Below are positions 11,801-20,430 of a stretch of 37,997 nucleotides of DNA, in pieces. The translations under genes and the position numbers were made by a program. Location of the stretch: positions 1 to 37,997 of IMG/VR virus record IMGVR_UViG_3300020044_003264, one strand, 5' to 3'. Within the stretch, counting starts at the first letter, position 1; each line of letters starts with the position of its first letter. The notes under the pieces were generated by a model. That model saw only the letters and a list, made by a program, of their open reading frames with translations, ran no database searches and was not told the DNA's origin. The stretch is from a virus (Duplodnaviria > Caudoviricetes).

Positions 11801-12509
11801 AATAAATGATCAAAAAGATGCTGTAGATAAGGTTGCTAATGCTAATATTGATGCTGCTCAAGTAGCATTAGACAATTATGGATTAACTCAAGAACAAATA
11901 GACCAAGTTTATAATCTAGCACTTCAATGGAGAGAAGTTGTTAAGCAAATAGATAATGCTAACAAAGCAATGAAGGATCAACTTAAAGATCTTATTGAGC
12001 CAACAAAACCAGATGACACTGCAAGTGCTAAAGTAAAAGCACAGTATGAGACAGATTATGCAGAATGGAAAACAAAATATGATAAAATCATAGCAGATAA
12101 TGCAGCAGCAAAAAAGACTGCTATGGATAGTGGTAAACCTTTGAGTACCGTTATTGCCAAGGCTGCTGGAGGAATTATTGGTACAGGTGGAAGAGACTCA
12201 ATTCCTGCCATGCTTACCCCTGGAGAATTTGTCATGCGTAAAGCATCTGTTGAAAAATACGGAGCATCAATGTTTGAAAAAATGAATATGGGAGCATTTG
12301 AAATGCCAAGATACAATATGCAGCAGCCATCTACTACTGCTATTCAGCCAGTATCTAATAATTCAAATATTAATGCACCAGTGTATAATAGTTATAGTGT
12401 GAATGTTCATGCAAATACAAATGCAAATGCAGACGATATTGCAAACACGGTTATGACTAAGATAAAGAGGGTAGATAGTATGGCAGTAAGGAGTTTCCGT
12501 GGATACTAA
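2889..12509 (+). CDS. Tape measure protein (3206 aa) with inserted candidate enzymatic domains
   Basis: TP901-type tape measure core at ~3450-4450, hydrophobic segments, coiled coils, three GG..PGxGxxDT(I/V)PA(M/L)LTPGE-like motifs, and position after the chaperones. Confidence 0.92.
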   Translation: MSDVNAIINIDINSTSALTNLKRLESQIDQFNRSIATSNATAAASQQSLNRALLDGINNTGLFTAKITPVESSMIRFSRSLDEGRLSLGEYTKYASSQLPGLSRVFKREFDSIEQVATSRVKSMQTQYLALGKTVDGVTRTIASTPTGLGKGLATDLAMVQQRQQIFNKLLDDGSTKLLNWGKNTQWAGRQLMVGFTLPLAAFGAAASKTFMEIDKATISLKRVYGDLNTTKAELDSNVQAIKGLGKEYTKYGITLAQTIELSGRAAATGATNEKLMAATEQTLRFATLGQMDYNQALDTTISLQTAFAISNEDLGKTVDYLNAVENQTILTMEDMSLAIPRVATVVKGLGGSVQDLAVMMTAMREGGVSAENAANGLKSGLASLINPTDRASEGLAKMGINLNSIIKQNKGDLMGIITEFGTAINKLDEFSRQQVLEQVFGKYQYARMSALFTNITKDAGQAARAMDIAGMSAADLAKVSEKELGQISESTSVKFQAAMEQLKISIAPIGEAFLKGITPIVNMVSKIADAFNNLPDGVKNTIAVVTGLVAGLGPVFLMTIGLLGNGLANLVKGFQFFRKMIAGIKGDASAFTWLAQGELEAVTASKALEGSATNLTDKLLLQRGAVAGLTAEYERFAVVAGLAGARMGGMGGGTATRGAASKRTLPSPRGFATGGIVPGTGSGDTIPALLTPGESVITKKATQKYAPILQQMNDGTLPGFAFGTIAEGMQSAIFKKTGRQMVSRSGKIPNLPAAALTSTGSGLSWQSQGPMLARESEALGRPTTRGGKKEDWKDVQRGHVVSAIRNGKDQYNPGIMLWQRGSINQRLKSDSKNPVTAQELIDDFESLDVHPASMLSSAMIGLGVDATEARTYAKKAYEDMVKRLAKETKRKPPTLFGGSEKSFEDFAEQSFRSILPTEIFDSLYSLGTYRAGGGRSKKAILRPVELSGGRVSIGQALKSWQTSSRVVREDPEMLGALMSGMRPSQSAKTLTRGTTLGLSRGSEFDPTDERMIMDALRSGNVDSLIGRTFPMRGPISYTAGNSDSAINAMRQNSDVNRIEELKRQHTQAKIKHKADLEKIKQLKEKIALGTAGPATMRRYEAQLAELEGFVSMYAAGQKRRGKEIKSLTSRGYEDLLIEQSFPSGSSMIDVNEINPSGTFMGKDVSRENEFLSGGSMVRIKGVKVDSKTGLQTLELETISDNIQRRALGGPIVPGSGNNDTVPAMLTPGEFVINKQATQANLPLLHAINNGKIVNKNKGGMIDGIQYFAEGGEAQSDRGSASGSGAYKAETRRIMAVGWDSLQTEKLILEAMRDNNKITQSQFDAFSQGETSHITPEVGPNGGKMWRPSNMMADLGLINNYIEAQKGTSKKALGNAKLFGEIQSKTSLSAERLRAELDLLSRGFHATTRESAMALRALSQVGDQTAQKIAVNKVLEARLQGTFYDTLNAPERQYRSDLPVEEKFGKRGKGGNRGRNIPQPETRDPMRPPKVSSQEADRIRRQARTEAERSLIAERGVPFIQNSDYEKEIEKRAKDIRTREYKRISKEHGREQARLIAISRQSEMQQPTPELDMNVPNSEEERNLRRQARRQKIGKGLKGAGGAVGMLSMLPFMMQNEEGKFMGMDANMLGTGMMVGGMAMPAMGSAVSAAGGAGMLAGGGIIATLGTVLAPLAAAAAIAGVGLMIWRKNIDNTSKETAKLASNVGVTANSLGEISKILGVSTPSQRQAQMNLGITKEDIQNQEIISPILQSEGGQKFIEELKTATSEERFKKLADYTKAAIASGMMDKSTASTFAKGVSLSLNDVLLGRRMMPVISGQKIGSGGMMSIADERISALNKSSEIKRVAAASGESRTITTADAAYTVGATTQVISDLSNVIALAREEYDKGTISFEKMRSTVDKATASQNEYSSMLTKAISGSMEQGGTRQALNDALVTMGVDPEKLSTFKNAMDIGVGGPGVSAFQQEQTKRILTEKGMSGNIVTNPNAIGSSRSAAYGARFSNLTGSAKSFENYQAAKEQAARDESAIVNAQTSGLAEQLLQAVAANKITIDQANVISEQVRTGSKFGMDLVREFNAGAKDLGGTLNALFVASSRTADIAGVSDAKVMGISQKDRYISAGAAFGRKGGDVEQYAALIESIPSQKRIDIITTFNGLTYEQQSKEIADMTQLSAAGGSENAGKLQSSDFYQKELKKGKTKAIIDRSVGAANAGVGEDYLSIMATITAEDNGEPISSKEYYSRSKIVLKALKDFSSNDKVKKQKAGIILMQQIEDPDGKKISAKDAEKGMQDLMKRFGKGKTLNLPRTVFKKVLILESKVIGLQKMIDAEKTILSTLDAGSQKAQDLRLAIRLQENAQVALYDQIQSEYDQSGVSGGGGGGKGGGGGTNPLLDFKKSLLEQIKLYADIEATLKTLFSAKNSILGILSKNNGIDDKLRAAGLGETMVQSIMGMGADAAKKWIGKNISGGKLNAAGKQEQTIARANVLGAAGSQAEGAINTAKAQQQASAYLITGKYGKGKKQTLGQASGQVLSMIAGSPELSDAYVAAVNEVIAADKKYRSSTGEAKVKAKNEWDAKRESLEKYLKRLDESITQQTVAGKLTEARATIKEDAAKNFAKNRLAKDSSISKELRDAISGDGASSLAYIQLGNAVTRSQAALAKTKKGSRGYAKKKQQAEFAQSAFSDFMKGQELGLGDPEQRRLQANLDLANKAKEESDKLYKAQTDPLIEQINLINRQIEAIQKLNDADQNRIRNLNREKEMLERDIEAINRKNEKDQVSIEKLQREDELRNRVADALNHELSLMSNQETKIREAYDKRVKALDEVAKINDYIIGQQKSQLGLAQALSQGDVYAAAAAQQEMQTGTAQFAQNQMRAGLQTGMENQVAGLTTSGGLTRVQAEDQIRAIGEQSYQTSLLVRDLQDVIYARNLDIAAIKETIRGKDDDIRRIQDDIYKRETNIIGLQTGKLTDLNNQLTAINDQKDAVDKVANANIDAAQVALDNYGLTQEQIDQVYNLALQWREVVKQIDNANKAMKDQLKDLIEPTKPDDTASAKVKAQYETDYAEWKTKYDKIIADNAAAKKTAMDSGKPLSTVIAKAAGGIIGTGGRDSIPAMLTPGEFVMRKASVEKYGASMFEKMNMGAFEMPRYNMQQPSTTAIQPVSNNSNINAPVYNSYSVNVHANTNANADDIANTVMTKIKRVDSMAVRSFRGY
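5745..6490 (+). other. Putative ADP-ribosyltransferase domain (VIP2/C3-like R-S-E clan) within the tape measure
   Basis: Ordered motifs TLTRG (Arg 5865), GRTFPMRGPISYT (Ser 5997), LLIEQSFPSGS and RENEFL (ExE 6390-6398). Confidence 0.7.
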
Positions 12510-13179
12510 TCCAAGTAATTTAGAACTGGTTACTTTAAATCCCCCAGCAAATCCAACGACTCAAGTGTATGGTGCTAACTATATACCCAAAAGAACAAAG
12601 TGGTCAAGACCACAAGCAATGCTTTGGTCTGACAATGCTGGAACTATTATGGATAATGTGAGATTTCCATTAGGTATTGAAAAAGAAGATTTTTTGATAT
12701 TATCAGATCATAATCGTGGAGAAATGAATATCTCTCAACAAAGAATTGAAACTAGGCAAAGAATGATCAATGGAACAATGAGATCATATTTTATTGCTAA
12801 TAAGATAAATATATCTGTTGCTTGGAATAGACTTCCATCTAGATCATTTTCTAGAAACGTAATTTTTGATCAAAATGGTATTCCAGTCGAATCATCAACA
12901 TATACTGAATATACCGCAGATGCGGGGGCAGGCGGTGTAGAGATTCTTGATTGGTATGAAAATCATTCAGGACCATTCTATGTGTATTTAGCATATGATA
13001 AATATAATAATGCATCTTTTCAAACTGGTGGGGCAATAACAGATGCTTCTTTTGATTACCTATCAATTTATAACGATGTTAGACTTATGTTTTTTTCATC
13101 ATTTGAGTATTCAATAGAAAAAAGAGGCGCAAATAATTTTGATTTTTGGAATATTAGTGTGTCATTGGAAGAAGTCTAA
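12499..13179 (+). CDS. Minor tail protein (distal-tail position)
   Basis: First gene after the tape measure; LILSDHNR...RQRMINGTMRS and a terminal WNISVSLEEV. Confidence 0.7.
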   Translation: MDTNPSNLELVTLNPPANPTTQVYGANYIPKRTKWSRPQAMLWSDNAGTIMDNVRFPLGIEKEDFLILSDHNRGEMNISQQRIETRQRMINGTMRSYFIANKINISVAWNRLPSRSFSRNVIFDQNGIPVESSTYTEYTADAGAGGVEILDWYENHSGPFYVYLAYDKYNNASFQTGGAITDASFDYLSIYNDVRLMFFSSFEYSIEKRGANNFDFWNISVSLEEV

Positions 13180-16100
13180 TGTTTCAATCAGATCCTCTAA
13201 ATGATCATCTTAAAACATCTCATACAATTGCAAGTGCTCAAGAAGTATTTCTTGAATTAAATCTTGGCCTATATGGTTTTATGCAATCCTCTAATGAGTA
13301 AAGAAGGTTCATCTTTTTCTTTTTTGTGATAAAAGATACTGGTTCTCCATCATCATCAAAACCATTGTCAACCACAATATCAGAATCTGTGGCTCCAGTG
13401 TAATACTTTATTAATCCGCTATCATCATCATAAGTTGTTTTAATTGAAGCAAACACACTTCCTGCAAGTGCGGGTCTGTAACGATAGTTGTCAAGATCTG
13501 GAATAACTAAATTATTAAATTTAGGTAATGTAATGAATTATACATCAGTATATAATATAACATTTAAACAGTTAACATCAAATATTGCTACTTTGACAAC
13601 TTCAGAACCCTATTTACAAATATCAAATAAAATAAAAATAGGAGATACAGTAATTGTAAAAGGAATTGATTCTACCTTTAATGGAACTTATACTATAACC
13701 GCTGTAACAAATAATACAATTAGTTATTTTAAAACATCAGCAAACGTTAGTCTTACTAGTACAACAGGAAATATATTAATAAATACAAATATTAAAGGAA
13801 ATCAGTATGTTGATAGTCCAAAAACCCATAAGAGCGAAACTGAACCACTATTATCTACAAATGTGGCTAGGCGTCCTAGATATTATATGTCATCTAAATT
13901 TGATCAATTTAAATATTGGACCTCATATAGACAAGAAACAGATGGTAATGATAATGGAGAGTATGGAATATCAAAAAGAAATTCAATAGATAAAAAAGAT
14001 TATATTTATGATGCCGCTCCATTTGTTGTATATAGAGAAAAAGTTCCAGTAAATAAACTTGTATTTAAAATGCAAACAAGTGTTGGAGAAATAGATCTTG
14101 GTCCGTATAGATTACAAAGCAACCCTAGAAGTTCTACTAATCCAGATCCGTTATATGGAGAAGAAAGAAAAACAATTCCCAAAAAATGGATGGTACAAGT
14201 TCTTAAAGATGATAGTACTACTTGGACTAATATTATATCTTTTTCAAATAATTTTTTATATACAAAAGAAGATAATACTATAGTCACTAGATCATCAACT
14301 AATCCAATAATAAATTCAGATGGATATGTAGAATTGCAATATGGATTAGATGTTCCAGCAGCATATCAAGATTCATTTGTTCTTGTAGATACTATATATT
14401 CTTCATCAAGTTTACCGGGAACAAATACCCCAATAGGTTACGCATATTTATTTAAAGAAACAGAAACTGATAAAGGAAAACTTTATATCAGTGATGGATC
14501 TGGTTGGGATATTGTCACTCCATCATACTCTTGGACTTTAGCAGATGAAACAATCAGCGCAAGCACAAAGTTTATTACAAAACTTTCAGATCCATATTCA
14601 TATGTTGAAAATAATACAAAAGTATATAGAGATTTTCAATTCATTCGCGGTATAAGAATTGTTGTAGACACAATGAATAGACCTGATTGCACATTTGATC
14701 TTATTGAAATGTCTCCAAGATTATATGCAAGAATTACTGACAAGGTAACAGCATATTCTGTTACAAAAACATTATCTGATTTAGGATCAACATCTATTCC
14801 AGTAGGTAATCTTTTTGCTTCGGTAGGAAACCTATCATTATTTGATGATGACTTTTCATTCAGTTCTAATAATCAATTTAATGAAAATACAAACCAAGGA
14901 AGCATTATTTCAAAATATGTAGATAATCAAATGAAATTTGATTTTTATGATGTTGTAAGAAATGTTAACTCAGTTGATTATTATATTCCAGTAAAGACTA
15001 TGTACTCTCAAGGATTTCCTCAAACAAGTGATGTTGCTGCAACAGTTGATATTCAAATTCGTGATTTTTTCTTTTTTCTTGAATCTCAAAAGGCACCATC
15101 AATGCTTCTTACTGACGTATCTTTAAGTTATGCAATAGTTGTTCTTTTAGATAATGTTGGATTTAGTAATTATGTATTTAAAAGAACAACAAATGAAAAA
15201 GAATTAATAATTCCATATTTTTTTGTTGGTCCAGATCAAAGTGTTGCAGAGGTTTTGCAACAATTAGCAGTGTCATCACAAAGTGCAATGTTTTTTGATG
15301 AATATAACAACCTTGTTGTAATGTCAAAAAACTACATGCTTCCATCTGAGGAGGAGAGGCCAACCGATTTAGTCCTATATGGTCAAGAAGAGTTAGTTGA
15401 CTCCAAAGTAAATCTTCCAAATATTATTAATATTTCATCTAAAGAAAAGCGGGTATACAACGGAGGTCAAATTAACTATACCTCTAGATATATTCAAAGA
15501 TCATTAGGATCAATTTCTCAAGCACCATATATTGATCAATATAAAACTTATACATATAAGCCTTCACTATTATGGGAAGTTGCGGGGCAACAGGATAGGC
15601 AAACTATTAATGAATTGGGCGCTCAATCTTCAGGTTACTCCCTTGCAGCAACTCCATTAAATACAAATTTATCAGCATCGTTGCCAATTGTTGAATATCC
15701 TTTAATTTCCAATACTGGTGTAGTATCTGCAATTAGTGGAACTGGACCTTGGTCAGCAGTAATAACTGTACCGAATGCTAATAAGTTTTTTACTGGAATC
15801 AAGATTATTGCAACTGATGGCACTGGATCTCTTGGAAGCGGAGGTACATACACAGTAACAAATGTAAACAATGTCAACAACACAGTGACTTTTACTGCAA
15901 CTGGTGGCACCCTTCCAGATACAGGAACAATTACAAATATTCGCAATGCAGAAAAGATATTAAACAATAACACTATGGACCTTGGTGAAGGTATCTATTG
16001 GCTTGGAAATTATTCTGGATACCTCTATGCAAATGGAGAAATAATTAAATACGATGCAGTAGAGTATGTCGTTCAAGGTGTTGGCAATGTATGGATTAGC

Positions 16101-19100
16101 AATAATCATGAATATCAAGACTATTTTTCAGCATTAAAGTTTAATGGAAAAATGTATCCAAGTGGTAGCGTAAGGATCTATGCTGAGCCAAAATATGAAG
16201 AATATCCTATATCAAGTGGAACTTTTATAATGTCCTTAGGGGATGTAAAGGAACATGGTAGGGGCCAATTTGGAACTACTGTGACTGAGCACATTGCTGG
16301 GCTTACTGAATCAAGTCATTGGATAAAGGATACCAACATAAAAGGTTGTATTCAGAGTGCTAGACAATATATGTTCACTATGAATAAAACAGTATCATAT
16401 CCGACAGGAATGGGAGTCGGAGAAGCAGGTAATACAAAAAATACAACTGGCGGCCAGTTTAGTTCATACGAGTATGCAATAAAGTCATCAAGAAATGGGA
16501 TAATTAAAAACTTTATGGCGAATAAAAACTATACTGAAAATGAAATTGCATATATGAAAACTGCACAATCTGGAGCAATTCAATCATCAGCATTAGTTTT
16601 TAATGGTCCTCCACTTCCAAGTGGCATAAACTCAGCAGATTTTGTTTCATATATATATAAACAACTTGATAAGCCATACACTCATTTTGGAACAAGAATG
16701 AGGATTATTGGAAAAATAGAGTCATCAACAAATCAATCTCAAACAGCAAGCGGTGGATATAGTATTATTTCAAGTAATAGTGTCGTATCGCCAAATTCAT
16801 CAAGCGATATCAAAGTTACTGGTGGTTCTGGTGGAATAGGATTTGGAATAAATTCGGCATACAATAATGGATATTTTTTTGAAATTGTCGCATTAAGTAC
16901 AAACTCAGTAAGCGCATACACCAGCAACAACAGTGTTAAAGATTTTGAAATTGTAAAAAGTCCAGTAACTCAATCAGTAGATGGATTAGTTACTGTAACA
17001 ACAAAAACACAGCATACTTTTAATGTTGGAGATAAAATAATTGTTTCTGGTTTAGTTGATGATAATAGAAAAACTCAAACAACAACTACTCTTAATGGAG
17101 AGTTTTCTGTAACGTCTATTGGAAACAATAGAAAGACATTTCAGTATCAAATTACCCCCCCACCTACAGGATATCTAACACCTTCAATTACAACGTCTGG
17201 CGTTACATCCTCTACGTCACTATTAATTCAAAATAGTGTGCCTAAAGTTTTTACTATTGTTCCAGATCAAATATACAATTTTAATATAACAAACAAGCAA
17301 CTAACATCAAATGTTGCAACCTTGACAACTTCAACTAATCATACAATAAAAGTAGGAGACTCAGTAACGGTTACAGGAGTAGACGCTACATTCAATGGAA
17401 CGTATACTGTAACCGCTACTGCTAGTAACACTTTTAATTATGCAAAAACAGCAGGAGACATTTCCTCTACAGCAGTAAGTCCAGCAGGTAGCGTAAGTGG
17501 AACAAATACTTTATTTACAACTGGTATGCGTTTGAGAGCATTAAACCCAACAACACCATCTAATTATATGGAAGGAGTTGTAACTATATTAGGTACAACA
17601 ATGACCATGACTGTTGATGCTATTGGGGGGTCGGGAACTTATGCATCATGGGTAATAAGTTTGGCAAGTAATATTGGTGCAAAGGGGGATGGAACTTCTG
17701 TAACTTATTTGTGTAATAATGAATTCTCTATTGGTCAATTAGTTACTATAACTGGCATGAAAACATCAACTGGTTCTAGTTTGAATTTAACTAACGCAAT
17801 TATTCAAAGCAGAACAAGTTCTCAATTTACTGTAAGTTCAACAGTAGTTGGATCTGGTTTTGGGGGAATAGCGACATTTGTTCCTCTTAGTACTATTTCT
17901 CAAAATGGAGGAACTGTATCAATAAATCTTGAAGATGATATTGCATTCTCAAATATATTCTTCTACAAGGTTCTTGCTGGTCAGAATAAATCAGAAATTA
18001 TTAAAAAAGCAAGGACTGGAAACGTTGCTACACTTACAACATTAATACCACATAGTTTTATAGTTAATGATTCAATTACTGTAAGCAATGTTGATGCAGC
18101 ACTCAATGGAACATATACAATAACTGCTGTAACACAATATACTTTATCTTATCAAACATCAACTAGTGGAACTATAGCAGAAACACAGATATCGCCTATT
18201 GGCTTAGTTGTAGGAAATGAAAAAGTAGCAATTCCACAAACTCTTTGGCAAGGTCTTGCAGATATTATTGTTGACGATGGAAAGTTTACTGGTTTATCAA
18301 GAATGGTAAGTTCTGAAAAAACAACAGTATATGATCTTTCTGTTGAGTATGTAAATATAGGATCAGTAAGAAGGTTTTATTTATACTTAAATAATAAACA
18401 ACTTGCAGTAATTGATGATCCAGATCCTCTACCAGAATATAATAATCTTGCCTTATTTGTTAGAGGATCTTCAAAGTGCATGTTTGAAAATGTTTATGCA
18501 TTAAATACAGGATACGAGAATACAGATCCAAATAAGGCTGTTCAAATACCAATATCAAAAGTTTTTGGGGATCAAGAAGTAAATGCAAATGAAGCATTAA
18601 ATAAATATGCTATTAACGGTTTTGTTCAGCAAACATTCCTGTCTGGAATAGGATCTGAACAGCCACCCAAATATCAATTATTCTATGATGAGTTTGGAAC
18701 TATTATGAGGGAGGCTGTATTCTTTAACGTTCGCTATGACCGTGCATTCCCTGCCCTGTATTCAAAGATTGCAGACACGCTGAACGGAACAAAAGGGTAC
18801 ACCGTATCAGGATACTACGCTGGATCATATGGGGCTGAGTTTATGATATTTAACTGTACTGATAAGAACCTTAACCTTGACGATACTACTGGAAATTATT
18901 TAAGAATTCTTGGAATTGCTTTTACTCAGAACACAACATATTCTCTTACTGTGGATGAATATCTAAAGAGGGTGAGCAATCTTTCAGATGCCCCAATCTA
19001 TGATAATCTTACTCCAGGACAGTCATTAAACTATAAAAAGATTTACGATACCATTAAGAATAGTAGATTGAAATATGGCGTTAATGAGTTTTCAATAGAA

Positions 19101-19364
19101 AGTCCTTATTTACAAACCACGGCAGCAGCAGAAGCAATGCTTGATTGGATTATCAATAAAACTATTGATCCAAGAAAAACAATTGGAGTGAACACCTTTG
19201 CTACCCCAACCTTACAATTAGGAGATATTGTCACAATGAATTATAAGAATTCTGATGGACTGTATGTTGTTGCAGATGCCAATGAAAGATATGTTGTGTA
19301 TAACATAGAAAATCAAAAGGGACCAACTGGAACTCAAATGACAGTCCATTTGGCAGAGGTGTAA
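13179..19364 (+). CDS. Large tail tip/baseplate hub protein. True start is ATG 13179; interrupted here by an inversion of 13267-13491 (2061 aa when restored).
   Basis: TAATG coupling to the upstream gene, same frame as ORF 13488-19364, and re-inversion gives a stop-free frame. C-terminal TLQLGDIVT...VHLAEV resembles tail-hub proteins. Confidence 0.75.
13261..13497. repeat. Inverted repeats ATCTTG (13261-13266) / CAAGAT (13492-13497) flanking the flipped segment
   Basis: AAATCTTGGC versus reverse-complement AGATCTTGAC: 6-bp core, 8 of 10 positions matching. Confidence 0.8.
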
Positions 19365-20430
19365 TATGGCATTTGAAAGTTATGCTGATGTTCAAGCAGC
19401 CCTTGATGAAGAGTATGCTGCATGGCAAGGAGGAGCCGCTGGTAGAAGTGCTAGAGGTCAAGAAGCAAGAGATTGGTGGGCTGCTCAAACTGCTGCTCCT
19501 TCTGTAGGTGAAGGATCTACAACACCAATGTCATCTCCACCACCAGCACCAGTTCTTCCTACATTTATTCCAATAACATCTAGCATAACTGCAATAAAGC
19601 AGGCTCCTATAGATACCGTTGTATTTAATGAAGACTCTGTTTCAATCCAGCAATTGACTGAATTACTTTATGAAGAAATTGGCGGTATGGAATTAATAAA
19701 TATTTCCAGAGAAGATACAGTAAATGGTCAAGATGTTGTTTATTCTCCAATTAGTAATATTGGTAGTATTTGGTATCAATATAATCCAAATAATGTAATT
19801 GCCGTAGGTTCTTCATTTGACACATTCTTTTCTCGTTTTGCAATTGATTTAATTTTAAGAGGAATGAATATTCCTTACTTCAATGAAGACGGGGATCTTG
19901 TAATAGAAATTGACGATGTGCTTAGTGATGAAGAAATTCATTATCAAATAGCATCCAGTGGTACAATTAACGAGGTTGATATTTAATGATTACAAATCAA
20001 GGTAAAGAGATTATTTCAAAGTACTTGCTTAGTCAAGTTCCGTCCTACGCTACTCATATTGCGGTAGGTTGTGGTGCTACTCCGCTTGATGGAAATGATA
20101 CCGCTCCGTCAACAATAACTTTACTAGAAAAAGAAATTCTTGATTTTGAAATGTTTAGGGTTCCAATTACGTCTAAAGGATTTGTTAATCAAGAATATAA
20201 TTTTGAGATAACCAATAAGCAACTAACATCAAATATTGCTACATTAACCACCTCTATTGCACATAATATAAGCATAGGAGATTCAGTAATTATAACTGGT
20301 ATTGATTCTACTTTTAATGGAACATATAGCGTTTCTGGTGTTCCCACAAGCACCACTTTTAATTATTCATTAACTCATACAAATATTTCATCTACTGCGG
20401 TAAGCCCTGTTGGAAATGTAAATGTATCAA
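13551..20430 (+). repeat. Dispersed ~75-aa beta-rich repeat module in tail proteins
   Basis: Close copies at ~13551-13785, 17274-17500, 17990-18215 and 20196-20430. Diverged copies at ~15715-15940, 16945-17155 and 17670-17880. Consensus KQLTSNxATLTTS..H...GDSV..xGxDxxFNGTYxxT. Confidence 0.85.
19366..19986 (+). CDS. Minor tail/baseplate protein with Ala/Pro-rich N-terminus
   Basis: 206 aa, coupled to its neighbours in the tail module; EEIGGMELINISR motif. Confidence 0.55.
   Translation: MAFESYADVQAALDEEYAAWQGGAAGRSARGQEARDWWAAQTAAPSVGEGSTTPMSSPPPAPVLPTFIPITSSITAIKQAPIDTVVFNEDSVSIQQLTELLYEEIGGMELINISREDTVNGQDVVYSPISNIGSIWYQYNPNNVIAVGSSFDTFFSRFAIDLILRGMNIPYFNEDGDLVIEIDDVLSDEEIHYQIASSGTINEVDI

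Noticed and set aside
13238-13456. 72-aa minus-strand ORF as an independent gene, and TTG 13488 as the tail-tip start
   Set aside because: Both are explained by the inversion; the minus ORF joins both flanks in frame when flipped.
13551-20430. Repeat modules as DGR template/variable repeats
   Set aside because: No reverse transcriptase in the window, all copies are coding, and differences are not adenine-specific.
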